DNA from: Octopus sinensis | Taxonomy: Eukaryota | Length of the DNA stretch: 64,000 nucleotides | Assembly: GCF_006345805.1 (NCBI RefSeq) | Contig: NC_043002.1 | Span: 76,384,001 to 76,448,000 of the forward strand | Reading direction: 5' to 3' | Shown: positions 27,561 through 40,925 of the stretch, piece after piece | Position numbering within the stretch: the first letter of the stretch is position 1 | Layout: the number at the start of each line of letters is the position of its first letter | The notes under the pieces: model-generated | Told to the model about the DNA's origin: nothing | The model's input: the letters and a program-made list of their open reading frames with translations, nothing else | The model's database searches: none | Translations under genes and position numbers: made by a program

Positions 27561-28104
27561 CCTCTGAATTTTCTGTAAGGGTTTATTCCCTTAGCCTTCA
27601 TTTACACGCTCAGTGAATTAACCCACAAGACATGTGTAGCATAGTTAATGTAAACTCATTTCCTCACTCCCCTCTCGCTGCTCTTATCCATCTTTTATAA
27701 ATTTTATAAACGGACAAGGTCAGTTCTGAAACGTTTCAAGTGACGCCAGCCACATTAGTTCTTTCGCTATAGCCACGAGACAGATGAATTCTAACTGAAC
27801 TTCCTTGCCAACAGAAAGTGATGAGTCGCTATAATACTATTTGTTTCTGATTTAGAAACAAGACCAGTACTTTTGACGGAAGGGGTTTCATTAATACCAT
27901 CGACTCTAGTACTTGACTTCCACTTTATTTCACCGATCCCGAATGGATGAAAAAGACAAGTTTAAACTCGGCGGGAATTGAATCCAGTTCGTAAAGTGTC
28001 GGAAGAAATACCGTAGGGTAGTTTATCCGACGCTCATAATGCTGAAGATAACAAAAATAACTATTGTATTAAAATACACGCTTGAAACAAAATGTTCAGG
28101 AAAT

Positions 28105-28155
28105 GATCGTCACTGACGAGACCAAATTAGTTCGAAACACCTGTGTTTGACGATC
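28105..28155 (+). ncRNA. Type-I hammerhead motif with a weakened stem II
   Basis: 8-bp stem I gatcgtca/tgacgatc; CTGACGA; GAA; stem III ACAC-ct-GTGT; U17. Confidence 0.65.
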
Positions 28156-28605
28156 CGATTTGACGTTCTGAGTAAGCTCTGAGTTTCTTTGGAGAAGTTT
28201 CACTGACACAAAATAGCTTGTACCTACAACTACAAATGTTATACAGCTGGTACCTACAACTACAAATGATATACACATCGTTATAAAAAAATAATTGTTT
28301 TGCTTTTACGTACAGTGCCAGCAGTTTTAAAAGGGGGGGGGGCTGTTAGCCGATTACAAGGACCCAAATACTTGATTGCTACTTTATGTTATCGACTCTA
28401 GGGAGATAAAAGGTAAAATTAACTTAAGCAGAATTTGAAGTTTAAAAATACAATTACATAATTAATAACGAATAATAATAATTATTATTGTATAATGATC
28501 GAGAGAAGGCGGGATCGAATAAGTGAATCGATGCTTTTGTTGTAATTGGCGTTATCATTGTTGCTTTGGTAATTGTTTATTTTTTTTTATTGCTGTTGCT
28601 GCTGT

Positions 28606-28639
<34 letters not shown>

Positions 28640-28861
28640 ACTGCTACTGCTGCTGTTGCTTCTGATGTTGTTTCAGAGTTGCTATGGTTGCCGCTGTTGC
28701 TTTTTAAGTGTATGTTCATTTATTTATCTGTTTCCGCTTTGGAGGTTACAAAATGTATTGAATGCTCACTTCACTGTCACCCCAACCTGTTTCACTCTTT
28801 TAAAAAATCAATATAAATGCATGCACAACACGTTGACATAATATCACACACACACACAAGT

Positions 28862-28910
<49 letters not shown>

Positions 28911-28914
<4 letters not shown>

Positions 28915-29064
28915 ACACGTACATGCAACATACGTACATTCACTGACAGATGTGCACAAAGTCATGTATACTTATGTATGTATAAATGTGTCCTTATATA
29001 TTTATGTATATGTATGAGCACACGCACACACACACACACACATATATATATACAAATGCAGATG

Positions 29065-29095
<31 letters not shown>

Positions 29096-29410
29096 ATATA
29101 TATATATATAACAAGGTGATGGGGAGAGATAAAGAGGAACAGAGTGAGAAAAAACTACTTCTATTAAATACATATTTGCATTCATTTATATATGTATGAG
29201 ATGCGCACATACGCACACACACACACACACACACACACACCACACACACACACACACACAATACACGTACATGCAACATACGTACATTCACTGACAGATG
29301 TGCACAAAGTCATGTATACTTATGTATGTATAAATGTGTCCTTATATATTTATGTATATGTATGAGCACACGCACATACACACACACATATATATATACA
29401 AATGCAGATG

Positions 29411-29447
<37 letters not shown>

Positions 29448-29590
29448 ATATATATATAACAAGGTGATGGGGAGAGATAAAGAGGAACAGAGTGAGAAAA
29501 ACTACTTCTATTAAATACATATTTGCATTCATTTATATATGTATGAGATGCGCACATACGCACACACACACACACACACGCATACACACA
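28911..29590. repeat. ~348-bp tandem duplication
   Basis: The unit starting caatacacgtacatgcaac occurs at 28911 and 29259. Confidence 0.9.
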
Positions 29591-29698
29591 CACACACTTA
29601 TATCCATATGTGTATGTATGTGTAGATGTATGATTGTCGATCATAACATCCATTATAGATATGCATAATGGTACAACTTTACATACACACGCACGTAC

Positions 29699-29699
<1 letters not shown>

Positions 29700-29740
<41 letters not shown>

Positions 29741-29754
29741 TAATAATAATAATA

Positions 29755-29785
<31 letters not shown>

Positions 29786-29932
29786 TATTAACGACGACAA
29801 CAATGATGATGATGATGATGATATTATTATTATTATTATTATTATTACTATTATTATCATTATTATTATATTATTATTATTTATTATTATTATTTTATTA
29901 TTATTATTATTATTTTATTATTACTATTACTA

Positions 29933-29974
<42 letters not shown>

Positions 29975-29997
29975 TACTATCATTATTATTATTATTA

Positions 29998-30084
<87 letters not shown>

Positions 30085-30089
30085 TACTA

Positions 30090-30121
<32 letters not shown>

Positions 30122-30219
30122 TATTATTATTATTATTACTATTATTATAATTATTATTATAATTATTATTATCATTATTAGCATTATCATTATTATCATT
30201 ATCATTATCATTATTATTA

Positions 30220-30277
<58 letters not shown>

Positions 30278-30278
30278 A
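29700..30278. repeat. (AAT)n then (ATT)n compound microsatellite
   Basis: Seen directly. Confidence 0.95.
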
Positions 30279-30420
30279 CAACAATAGCAATATTCTCACT
30301 TTGCGCGATTGTTTAAATCTCTTGCTGATTGCATATTTTGGAAGGTATGAAATTACATATGCACTCACACATACATGCACAAAGACACACGCACACATAC
30401 AGCTATATGAGAGTATATCT

Positions 30421-30452
<32 letters not shown>

Positions 30453-30574
30453 GTATGTATGTATATATATATATATATATACGCGTGTGTGTGTGTATGT
30501 ATGTATATATGCATCTATATGTACATTATATATATATACACATATATGTATGTGTGTATATATGTTTGTGTGTA

Positions 30575-30780
30575 TGTTTGTCCCCCCTCCAGCATCGCTT
30601 GACAACCGATGCTGGTGTGTTTACGTCGCCGTAACTTAGCGGTTCGGCAAAAGAGACCGATAGAATAAGTACTAGGCTTTACAAAGAATAAGACCTAGGG
30701 GTCGATTTGCTCGACTAAAGGCGGTGCTCCAGCATGGCCACAGCCAAATGACTGAAACAAGTATAAGAGTAAAAGAGTAT
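30575..30780 (+). mobile_element. SINE family A, 3' half
   Basis: Near-consensus tail. Confidence 0.9.
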
Positions 30781-30830
30781 ATATACATACATACACACAC
30801 ATACACTCATATATATATATATGTACCTAT

Positions 30831-30877
<47 letters not shown>

Positions 30878-31503
30878 CATACATATACATATATGAATAT
30901 GCAATTCGTAATATGCATGTAATATACATATGTATATAGTTGCAAACCACACACACACACCTACACAGAAACGTGCAGACATTCACACGCATATGGTTGC
31001 TTACATACTAGCGCATAAATATGCATATATCCTATGTTAAATGTCAAATACTACTTTGTTTATGATTACACACACACACACACACATACACACACAATAC
31101 ACACACACAGGCCTATGCATACAGAAACACGCTTCGGTCTGTGTGTTTATCCATGTACCTATGTGTCTGTCTGCGTCTCACATACGCATAAGCTCGCATA
31201 GAGACAGGCACAGATAGACACACGTGTACGCGATCGTATAGAGAGACAAGTTTGCTCTGCGACTATAAACATTATATTTAGATGTGAAATGCTAATAAAC
31301 TCCCGTACAACAGCTGTGTTCCTTTCTTCTTTGTAAATATCGCAAGATAAAAAGCTAAGTGTGTAGTTGAGAGAATGGGATATGAGTCAATATTTGCTTT
31401 CTGTGAAGATATATATAAGGTGTATGTACATACGTAGGTAAGCTTGTATGTGTGTGTACGTATGTATGTATGCATGTATATGTATGTATACTCGTCACTC
31501 CAA

Positions 31504-31550
<47 letters not shown>

Positions 31551-32394
31551 TATATATGTATGTATGTATATATACGTATGTATGTACGTATGTATATCTG
31601 TGTATCCAGGATCGATGGACTAGGAAAAGAAATGTAAAAATAAATAAAATAAACACACAAGAAAAATGAAAAAGAAATTGAAAAATGTCGTATAAACCAC
31701 TTACGCTGTCTTCCCCCTCTTTCTGTCTGTCTGTCTGTCTGTCTGTCAGTCTATCTCCCCCCTCTCTTTCTCTCTGTGACTATCTTACGCTTTTTTACTT
31801 GGTCTTTCCTTATATTTTCAATTTCTTTTTTTCTCTCATTTTATATATACACATATTATGAGTGTGTGTGTATGTATATACGCATGTGTATGTATGTGTG
31901 TGTGTGTGTCTGTGTGTGTGTGTGTGTGTGTACTTCTATGTATATAAACACACACACACACACACATATATCTTCTCAGCTAATAAATACAAGCAAATAC
32001 GATATGACAGTCGGCCATTTTGAACGTGTATCTATACTGTTATCTACTTACTGTTCACACACTCACAAATTCACCTAGACACACATGTATAACAACTTCT
32101 ACAGATACTCTCCCACGCATATAGTTTTCACACATTCACATGTTTACCTATAAACATTAAAGTCAACGTGAATATATTGTCATGCGGTTAAGAATTTTGC
32201 TTCGTAATTTCGTAATTCTTGGTTCGATATCATATCAAATTTCCTTGAGGGACTGTTTTTTTTCTCTTTTCTTTTACTATACTCTTGTGGTGACCCCTAA
32301 ATTTTGAGCGGAAGTAAAGGTGTATCTCCCTAACTCCCCACCTGTAATTCCGCTTTACGCCATGATAGCTTATATTGCTGCTTCCTCCGATCTA

Positions 32395-32570
32395 TATAGG
32401 GTTGGCCAAAAGTCACATGATAGTAAATCAAAACCATTTAATTCCAAGATTTATTTATGTTTCGCAACTGAATGAATTTAATAAATGCATCTAAATATGG
32501 AACATCACGAAAATTGTTCTTCTTGAGCAACACATTTTCCCATTCGAGTCAATACAGAATTACAGATAGT
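32395..32570 (-). mobile_element. Tc1/mariner 3' end remnant
   Basis: TA-flanked TIR-like tatagggttggccaaaagtcac; minus frame CIDSNG resembles a transposase C-terminus. Confidence 0.4.
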
Positions 32571-32599
32571 AATTTATGGAATTTTCATTTACAGTCGAG

Positions 32600-32990
32600 T
32601 TAGTTTCAACTTTTGGCACAAAGCCAGCAATTTCAGCGGTTGTGGTAGTGTGGGGTGAGGGTCAAAATAATTACATCGACTTCAGTAGTCAGCTGGCACT
32701 TATTTTATTGATTCCGAAAGGATAAATGGCACAGTAGACCTCAGAGGGTGAAGTCAGGAGAAATGCCTCCAACCATTTTGTCTAGCGTGGTTACAATTCC
32801 GTCAACTCGCCGCCTTCTTCTCTACATAAATATTTAAGTATAAGGCCAGCAATTTCAGAAGAGGGACTAAGTCGATTACATTGATTCCAGGACTCAATGC
32901 TACATATTTTACCGACTCTAGCGGCATTTGAACACAGAAAGCAAAGTCTGGCGCGGTAACAATTCTGCTCGCTCATCTTCCGCTGTATAT
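32600..32990 (-). mobile_element. Two diverged SINE family B copies
   Basis: Family-B body motifs in reverse complement. Confidence 0.7.
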
Positions 32991-32999
32991 AAATGTTTG

Positions 33000-33275
33000 T
33001 TCCTATGCTTGGCTCATAGGGCCGGTTTCCTTGGCCGGTTTCCCGGTTTCCCGGTTTCCTTTCCGGTCCGTCGCAAGTGAGCTGCAAGATGCAGGAGGAA
33101 AGAGTGAGAGAAAGTTGTGGTGAAAGAGTCAGCAGAAGTTCGCCATTAACTTCTGCCGGAGCCGCGTGGAGCTTAGGTTTTTCGCTCATAAACACACACA
33201 TCACCCAGTCTGAGATTCGAAACCGTGATCCCTCGACCGCGAATCCGCTGCTCTAACCACTAGGCCATATGCCTC
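33000..33275 (-). mobile_element. SINE family D with tRNA-like head
   Basis: ggcatatggcctagtggttagagc..ggtttcgaatc; body shared with 41273. Confidence 0.8.
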
Positions 33276-33864
33276 TACGCTGTATAATAAATATTAATGC
33301 GTATTTGTTTACTTATCGTCCAACCAGCTTAAGATAAACTACCTTCCACTCACTCTTACTCCACACCATTAACTTCCATTATAAGAAAGGGGACCAGTAT
33401 TCCAGAATGGATGGAACTTCGTCACACCGTGATAAATGAAGCAATTTTTTTTTACACTCCTTTTGATAATCACTTCAAATCATTTGCAATCTTACTCCAT
33501 TTTCTTTTTTGCTGCTCGACCTTGTTGCAGTTGTTGGTTTCGTCGTCATTGTTGTCAACGTTGTAGTTGTAGTTGTTGTTATTGATGATGATGATGATGA
33601 TGATGATGATGTTACATCATCATCATCATCATCCTCATCATTATCGCCATACATCATCTTCATGCTGCCTCTGTTGCTGATATTGATTTTGGCTATTTTT
33701 CCCCACCGTTCTTGCTATCGTTGTTGAAATTATTATTGCTAACGCGGCGAGGTGGTAAAATGTACGCCGGGCAAAATACTTTGCACACACAACTGGAAAG
33801 CCTGACGTAATGGTTGCCGAATGAACATCTTAAGCACTCAACCATGTGAGGAATCTACACACAC

Positions 33865-33908
<44 letters not shown>

Positions 33909-33931
33909 GTCTGTTTGTCCGTCTGTCTGTA

Positions 33932-34010
<79 letters not shown>

Positions 34011-34044
34011 GAAAGAATGGAGTCGAACGAAGATTTTAACATAA

Positions 34045-34143
34045 TTCCTTTACTCTCAACACATGTTTCGAAGACTGCATACTCTTAATTCCGAAGGAAT
34101 AAAGGGTGCATTATGCCGTCTTCTCATCAGGAAAGAAAAAGAA
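34045..34143 (-). ncRNA. Type-I hammerhead motif (left arm of the palindrome)
   Basis: Mirror copy of 34621-34719. Confidence 0.7.
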
Positions 34144-34620
34144 CCTCTATCAGCCTCAAGACGAACAAAAACTTTTTGATGACTGCCTACATGGTGTCCA
34201 CAGTGATAATGTGTTTTTTTTAAAAATCCGTTATAAGCAATGACGTCAAAATTGGTTGGAAGGAGGAAGTTCTAAAAATAGGAAGGGGACAGTATGTATG
34301 CCGTATGTATGGGGATGCGCGGGTGTTTGCTTTTGTTAATGAGTTTGATTGTTTATGTGTGTGTATAAGTGTGTGTATATAACTGCATTTGTGTCTGTGT
34401 GTACACATAAACAATCAAACTCATTAACAAAAGCAAACACCCGCGCATCCCCATACATACGGCATACATACTGTCCCCTTCCTATTTTTAGAAGTTCCTC
34501 CTTCCAACCAATTTTGACGTCATTGCTTATAACGGATTTAAAAAAAAACACTCACTATCACTGTGGACACCATGTAGGCAGTCATCAAAAAGTTTTTGTT
34601 CGTCTTGAGGCTGGTAGAGG

Positions 34621-34719
34621 TTCTTTTTCTTTCCTGATGAGAAGACGGCATAATGCACCCTTTATTCCTTCGGAATTAAGAGTATGCAGTCTTCGAAACA
34701 TGTGTTGAGAGTAAAGGAA
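34621..34719 (+). ncRNA. Type-I hammerhead motif with long stem II
   Basis: ~12-bp stem I; CTGATGA 34634-40; stem II gaagac.gcata/tatgc.gtcttc plus an inner hairpin; GAA; AC-atgt-GT; U34706. Confidence 0.72.
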
Positions 34720-35419
34720 TTATGTTAAAATCTTCGTTCGACTCCATTCTTTCATGTATTCATATAAAAAAAAAACATACAAATTTCCACACAAGAACAC
34801 GGGGTTTCTGCCCTTGGCATGTAGCTTCAACCGTGTTTTCTGACGTGAATTTGCTACCCAGGTATCGATTAACCGAATTATCAATACTAGGATAATTCAT
34901 TCACCTACTTATATATATATATATATATTATATATATATATATAATATATATATATATTATATATATATATATTTGTATACACACACACACACACACATA
35001 TATATATGTATATGTATCTGTATATACATATGCATGTATATTTATATATACATGTGCGTGTGACAATAGACGTAGACCTCAATATCGGTGGGCAAGGAAA
35101 ATGATAACGAGAAAGCAACAACGCGCGCGCGCGCACGAGAGAGAGAGAGAAGGTGGGGAGAAAGAGAAAGCAAGAAAGAGAGGGAGAGAGAGAGAGAGGA
35201 ACTGAGTGCGTAAGAAGCAGAAACACACAGAGAAAGCGAGCAAAGACAGGAAAGCACGTAGTAATGCAAACATCGTACTCAAATACATGTACTTACATAT
35301 TCAAAATCAATACACAAACAATGAAAGTAAATAGATACTGTCAACTACTAATGAGTGTTTGAGTGTGTGTGTGTGTATGTATGTATGTATGTATGTATGT
35401 ATATATGTATGTATGTATG

Positions 35420-35930
35420 TCAGGTCACTTTCGAGTGCTACTGGTAACATGTAACCCAGTACAACCTGTTGCATGGTCGGGTCGTCGGCGACTAAACCGG
35501 CAACCCCACCAAGCTTGCTTGGTGAGGAGGGTGTTTATTGGACACCCTGCGGGATGAAAAACAAAACCCGTCAAAGGTCGGAGGAACTCTTGAGAGTCAA
35601 CGGCCATCCAATAATTGTCTTAAGGATGTATCATGCGTGGGGACATAGAAATAATCGGACTGAATACCCGATCGCACGGTTAAACCATTGGGAGTGAAGG
35701 ACTCCTAGCCTTTGTTAGGGTATCCTTCTAGGAGAAGGTAACTCAGGTAACTGGGATAACTTTGACATAAATCTGCGGCTCAGTGGTTACCGATGATGTT
35801 GACTTGTTCTTCTTTTCGGATTATAGCTGCTGTTGCTTAGTGAGTGGGATTGACTCAGTGCACAGCCTTTCCTCACTTTAAAAAAAAATCTTCTTGCACA
35901 GGCATTGCAGGATAACAACATTGATTGATT
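35420..35930 (+). mobile_element. Interspersed repeat, probable RTE-type LINE 5' region
   Basis: ggcgactaaaccggcaacccca and ccttctaggagaaggtaactc resemble RTE 5'UTR motifs (recalled, not searched). Confidence 0.45.
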
Positions 35931-36175
35931 GATTAAATTGATTAACTAATTCATGATTGTTGATGGCACTGTGAGTCTCAAAAAGTCACATTCGATCACA
36001 GCACCAGTAACAGTTAAGCTTCGTGCAATGGCCATACTCGATAACGAGGAGGCAGCCATAATGTATGTTTGTATGTATGTATGTATGTATGTATGTATGT
36101 ATGTATGTATGTATGTATGCATGTATGTATGTATGTATGTATGTATGATTGTATGTATGTACGTATGTATGTATG

Positions 36176-36206
<31 letters not shown>

Positions 36207-36222
36207 TGTATGTATGTATGTA

Positions 36223-36276
<54 letters not shown>

Positions 36277-36804
36277 CATGTGGAAAATAAAGTCAAGGTA
36301 GAAAATGCTGAAATAATTTTATAAAAAAACATTTCAGTCACTGAGACTTTTTGTGTAGAAAATTTTGTTAAAAAGTATCCATATTTCTGGTTGTTTTGAC
36401 GCAACAAATCTGGGAGCATATACATCTGTAGTAATGCCCTTTTATTTATACAATTTTTTCATTTCAAGTTTATTTCATTCATTGTTTGCAATGTTCTCTT
36501 TCTCTCACACACTCACTGCAAAGCTTACTGATGGGCTGCTGAATTGAACTCTCTATGTTGCTTTGAAGGGAAGGTAAAACTTGACGAATTGCTTCTCCCT
36601 CTGTTGTTGATTACCGTGATGTTTGTCTAAAAGAGAGAGATTATGACTGTGATAAAATAATGAAAGCTATGTTTACTAAGCAAGTGAGCACTATTATACA
36701 AAGAAATAAGTAGACGTAAAATATAAAAGTTATTAGAATTAGGAATCAAATGTGAAAATATTATGAAGGGGCTAGCAGAAAACCGCCCGGAGAGCGGTCT
36801 TTTG

Positions 36805-37256
36805 CTACGCTTTCATTAATTGAAAAGTCCTCTGAAATATGATATTTGGTGAACCAATCACATTAAACTTCGATTCATTGCTAAAATGAACCTGCGACCA
36901 CTGTTCTTCTGTCCAAATGACCTGTTCATGAGCGAAACAAAGACGAGCTCTTTGATTCTTCTTGGAGATCAGAAGTTTTTCTGCCGGTGCCCGAGCAAGC
37001 AACCGAAAACCTCGTAACCTCCGAAAAACTGTTTTACGCGATACGTTGACATCGAAAGTGGAGCTAACTCGCGGTATATCTCAGCAGCACTCTTAAACTT
37101 ATCGTTCAGTGACATTCTAACCCCCTAATACAATCCTGTCTTGTTGAAGTTTTACGAGGTCTACCAGTTTGAGGCTTAGCATCTGTCAATCCTGATGACT
37201 TAAAACGAGATACAATTCCTTGCACAACACTTCTAGACCTTCCTACAATAGTTGAC

Positions 37257-37260
<4 letters not shown>
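36805..37260 (-). mobile_element. Tc1-like transposase remnant
   Basis: IVGRSRSVVQGIVSRFKSSG..TGRPRKTSTRQD (HTH) and LISKKNQRARLCFAHE..WTEEQWSQVHFSNESKFN (first D region). Confidence 0.85.
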
Positions 37261-37287
<27 letters not shown>

Positions 37288-37358
37288 CATACATGCATAC
37301 ATACATACATACATACATACATACATACATACATACATACATACATACATACATAGCT

Positions 37359-37868
37359 ATGCGGCACGTATAGCTATGTTGTTGCTAAAACAATTTACAA
37401 TGCCATCCGCAAAAAAGACTCTCCTGAAATAAACTTAGGAAATCCCTCTGCTATGGAATACATTCATAAACACCAACCCAAGGAATACTGGTGGAATATT
37501 CCCATCAAAACTTAAGACAAATGTAAGCATAACAGGCCAGATAATGTTGTTTGGAACAGAGGGGCAAAGGTATGTACCATCATAGAAGTTAGCTGCCCTG
37601 CAGATATAAATATCTGAAAATCAAAGAAAAAGAGGATATCTCTGGACAACTGCTTCAAAAACGCCAGCTTCTATATCCAGACTATGAATTCATATTCATA
37701 CCAATAATAATTGGAGCACTAGGTTTTGTTAGTAAATACCTAAAGGAGAATCTGGATAAACTGGGATTTTCAGAAAGAGAAATCGACCGGCTAATTCGTA
37801 CATTACAAGTGCAATCTTTGAGTGGAACAGTAAAAATATGCAAGACTTTTCTCAATTTCCAAATGTGA
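37359..37868 (+). mobile_element. R4-like (restriction-like endonuclease) non-LTR retrotransposon 3' fragment
   Basis: RH(D)VVAKTIYNAI..WWNIPI..HNRPDNVVW..IIEVSCP..KEKED..PIIIGALG..KICKTFL*, i.e. PD-(D/E)xK RLE motifs. Confidence 0.88.
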
Positions 37869-38261
37869 ATTTGTCTGTGTTAACTACATCCCATAGGTGG
37901 AGCCTTGTATCGTTGTTGGAAACCAGCTCCCTCCTCAGTGGAAGATTTATAATAACTAAAAAATAGAAGAGACAAAAGGGGGCCAGTAAAATAAGTACGA
38001 GGCTTTAAATAAGCACTGGGGTGGATTCGTTCGACTAAAAGTACCTTAAAGTGTTGCCGTTGCATGGTCGCAGTACAATCACTGAAGCAAGTAAAAGATA
38101 AAAGATCTCCGTCTCTCTCTCTCTTTCTATATATATATACATACGTGTGTGTGTATATGTGCGTGTGTATATCTATATCTCTCTATATCTATATACCGGA
38201 GTAAGTACATAAATGTGAAACAAGGTGGAAAAAAGAGTACTCAAATACCAGAGGTAGAGTA

Positions 38262-38374
38262 ATATGCTTTATTTAAAAGCAACAGAAATATAACAAAGCT
38301 GTCCGACGAACGGGAACGTGAAACTCTGAGTAACAGCTTTTGTTATATTTCTGTTGCTTTTAAATAAAGTATAT
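38262..38374 (+). ncRNA. Type-I hammerhead motif (U4C variant) closing a ~41-bp hairpin
   Basis: gctgt CCGACGA acg-ggaa-cgt GAA ACTC-t-GAGT A acagc; predicted cut after A38332. Confidence 0.78.
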
Positions 38375-38392
38375 ATTTATATATATAGATAG

Positions 38393-38423
<31 letters not shown>

Positions 38424-38979
38424 TGTATGTATGTATGTATGTATGTATGTATGTATGTATGTATGTATGTATGTTCTCTCAAAGCATTCACACATCATCG
38501 ATAGCAGCGCTGGCGGCTACAACAGCAACAACAAAGCATCTAAGTGGTTATTGATTAATTGATTAATTAAACAATATGACGTCTCGAGAGAAGACATCAG
38601 ACTGATCAAGACAATCATGAATGCTCCATCAAGTACTTTGTATAACATAGTATAGAGTTCCCCACTCTGTATCACCACCAACAACAATACTTTAATTTAC
38701 TATTTCAATGGACAGTAAAATGTTTGGGCACAGTAAGTCCGAGTCATCTCTTAATTTGATCTGCTGAAATTGGTGCCCAATCTTTCAAGTCCCACAATCT
38801 ATCGTCATGGAAAAAAAAATACGTTGGATAATGTGGTTCTAGGTTCTATGCACATAGGGAAAATTCGGGATGGATTTCCCCGGAATACTTTTGATGGTAA
38901 GTCTCTTCGATCAGGGTTCCCATGGGGCTAAACAACAACAATAACGATCTTTATGGTTTCGGTCACTCTTTATACTCTT

Positions 38980-39130
38980 GTACTCTTTTACTTGTTTCAG
39001 TCATTTGACTGCGGCCATGCAGGAGCACCGCTTTTAGTCGAAGAATTCGACCGCAGGACCTATTCTTTGTAAGCGTAGTACTTATTCTATGTTGGGGGAC
39101 AAACACAGACACACAAACATACACACGCAC

Positions 39131-39200
<70 letters not shown>

Positions 39201-39395
39201 GTTATATATATATGTATGTATGTATATATATACCACGGGCTTCTTTCAGTTTCCGTATACCAAATCCACTCACAAAGCTTTGGTCGGCCCGAAGCTATAG
39301 TAGACGACACTTGCCGAAGTTGCCACGCGGTGGGACTGAACCCGGAACCATGTGGTTCGTAAGCAAGCTACTTACCACACAACCACTCCTGCGCC
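38980..39395 (-). mobile_element. SINE family A with internal deletion
   Basis: Consensus head and tail. Confidence 0.9.
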
Positions 39396-39789
39396 TTTTT
39401 ACAATTTTGTTCCAATTGTTCTCAAATTTGGCATAAGGATTAAGTTTTGTATATTAATTTAAGCAATGCTTTGACTGTTATTTTTAGCAAGTCCTGTTAG
39501 TTTGCTCGTAGCTCTTAAATATTTAATTTGCTCGCGAATGTTTTCATGTTTTTCAGTTTACTGTAGCTAGTTTAACGTTTTGACATGCTGATACCCGCCA
39601 CGTACCGATGATAGAAGAGGCAACGAACGCGCTGTTTTCTCATTGGCTGAAAATTCTGAAAATTATCAAACTACACCTGTAACCTTTTTGCAAAATTTTT
39701 CTGGAATAAATGAATAACAAATTCGGATTCAGCATCAAAAATTACATCTATATGATACATTAAAAAGTTTTTTAAAGGTAATTGTAAAC

Positions 39790-40190
39790 AGTGCCGCACG
39801 GGTAGCTTGCTTACCAACCACATAGTTCCGGGATCAGTCCCACTGCGTGACACCTTAGGCAAGTGTCTTCTACTATAGCCTCGGGCCGACCACAGCCTCG
39901 TGAGAAGATTTGGTAGACGGAAACTGAAAGAAGCCCGTCGTATATATGTATGTATGTGTGTGAATTATATATATATATATATATATGTGTGTGTATGTAT
40001 GTATGTATGTATGTATGTGTGTATATGTTTGTGTGTCTGTGTATTTACGTCCCCGTCACTTAGCGGTTCGGCAAAAGAGATTGATAGAATAAGTACTAGG
40101 CTTACAAAGAATAAGTCCTGGGGTAGATTTGCTCGACTAAAGGCGGTGCTCCAGCATGGTTGCAGTCAAATGACTGAAACAAATAAAAGA
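39790..40190 (+). mobile_element. SINE family A
   Basis: Consensus match. Confidence 0.9.
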
Positions 40191-40400
40191 GTAACGAGTA
40201 AAGTGAGTGACGAAAATCACAAAGATGTTAACAATAACAAGAAACCCCTAAATACAAATTCTATTTTCATATATTTTACGAGGTGTTGTTGGTTGTTGTT
40301 GGTTGGTATTGGATGTTGGTTGTTGATGGTTGTTGTTAGGTTGTTGTTGCTGTTGGTGCTGCTGCTGTTGCTGCTACAATAGTAGTAGTTGTAGTAGTAA

Positions 40401-40458
<58 letters not shown>

Positions 40459-40925
40459 CAAGGTCCATATGATGAAAGATATTTCAATTATGACCCTCCC
40501 GTCTTTTCACATTTAAAAAATGATACGGTGTGGTTTCAAAGGGTTTTGCCTCCTATTTCGAGCAGATCAATTAGTATTGCAGAGAGTCCCTTATCAGTTT
40601 ATCTTGTGAGTGTTGTTGTTATTGTTGTCAATGTTTGTTGCTTTTTAGTTATAGGCTACCCTCGTTAAATAGACTCCGAACAAAGACGTTCTAGTCGATG
40701 TCATCCAGGTTTTGTTTCTTAATGATAGTTTATCTAGCACTGCATCATTCAACATCACTTTCTGTTTTCAGACTAAGCGTATTATATGTGGTGATATGAC
40801 TGCTCTTTCTAGCAGGTCAAGCTGTATAGACACTCCCATATTGACTCGGTTAGAAATCCGTCTTTGCAAAACCGATTTATCAGTCATTTTCCCTCCTATA
40901 CCTCTTGAAATTTGAATTGACTTAC

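Larger units (their letters stand above)
34009..34755. repeat. Near-perfect palindrome: ~352-bp arms, 42-bp spacer
   Basis: 34009-34360 is the reverse complement of 34403-34755 with only a few differences. Confidence 0.97.
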
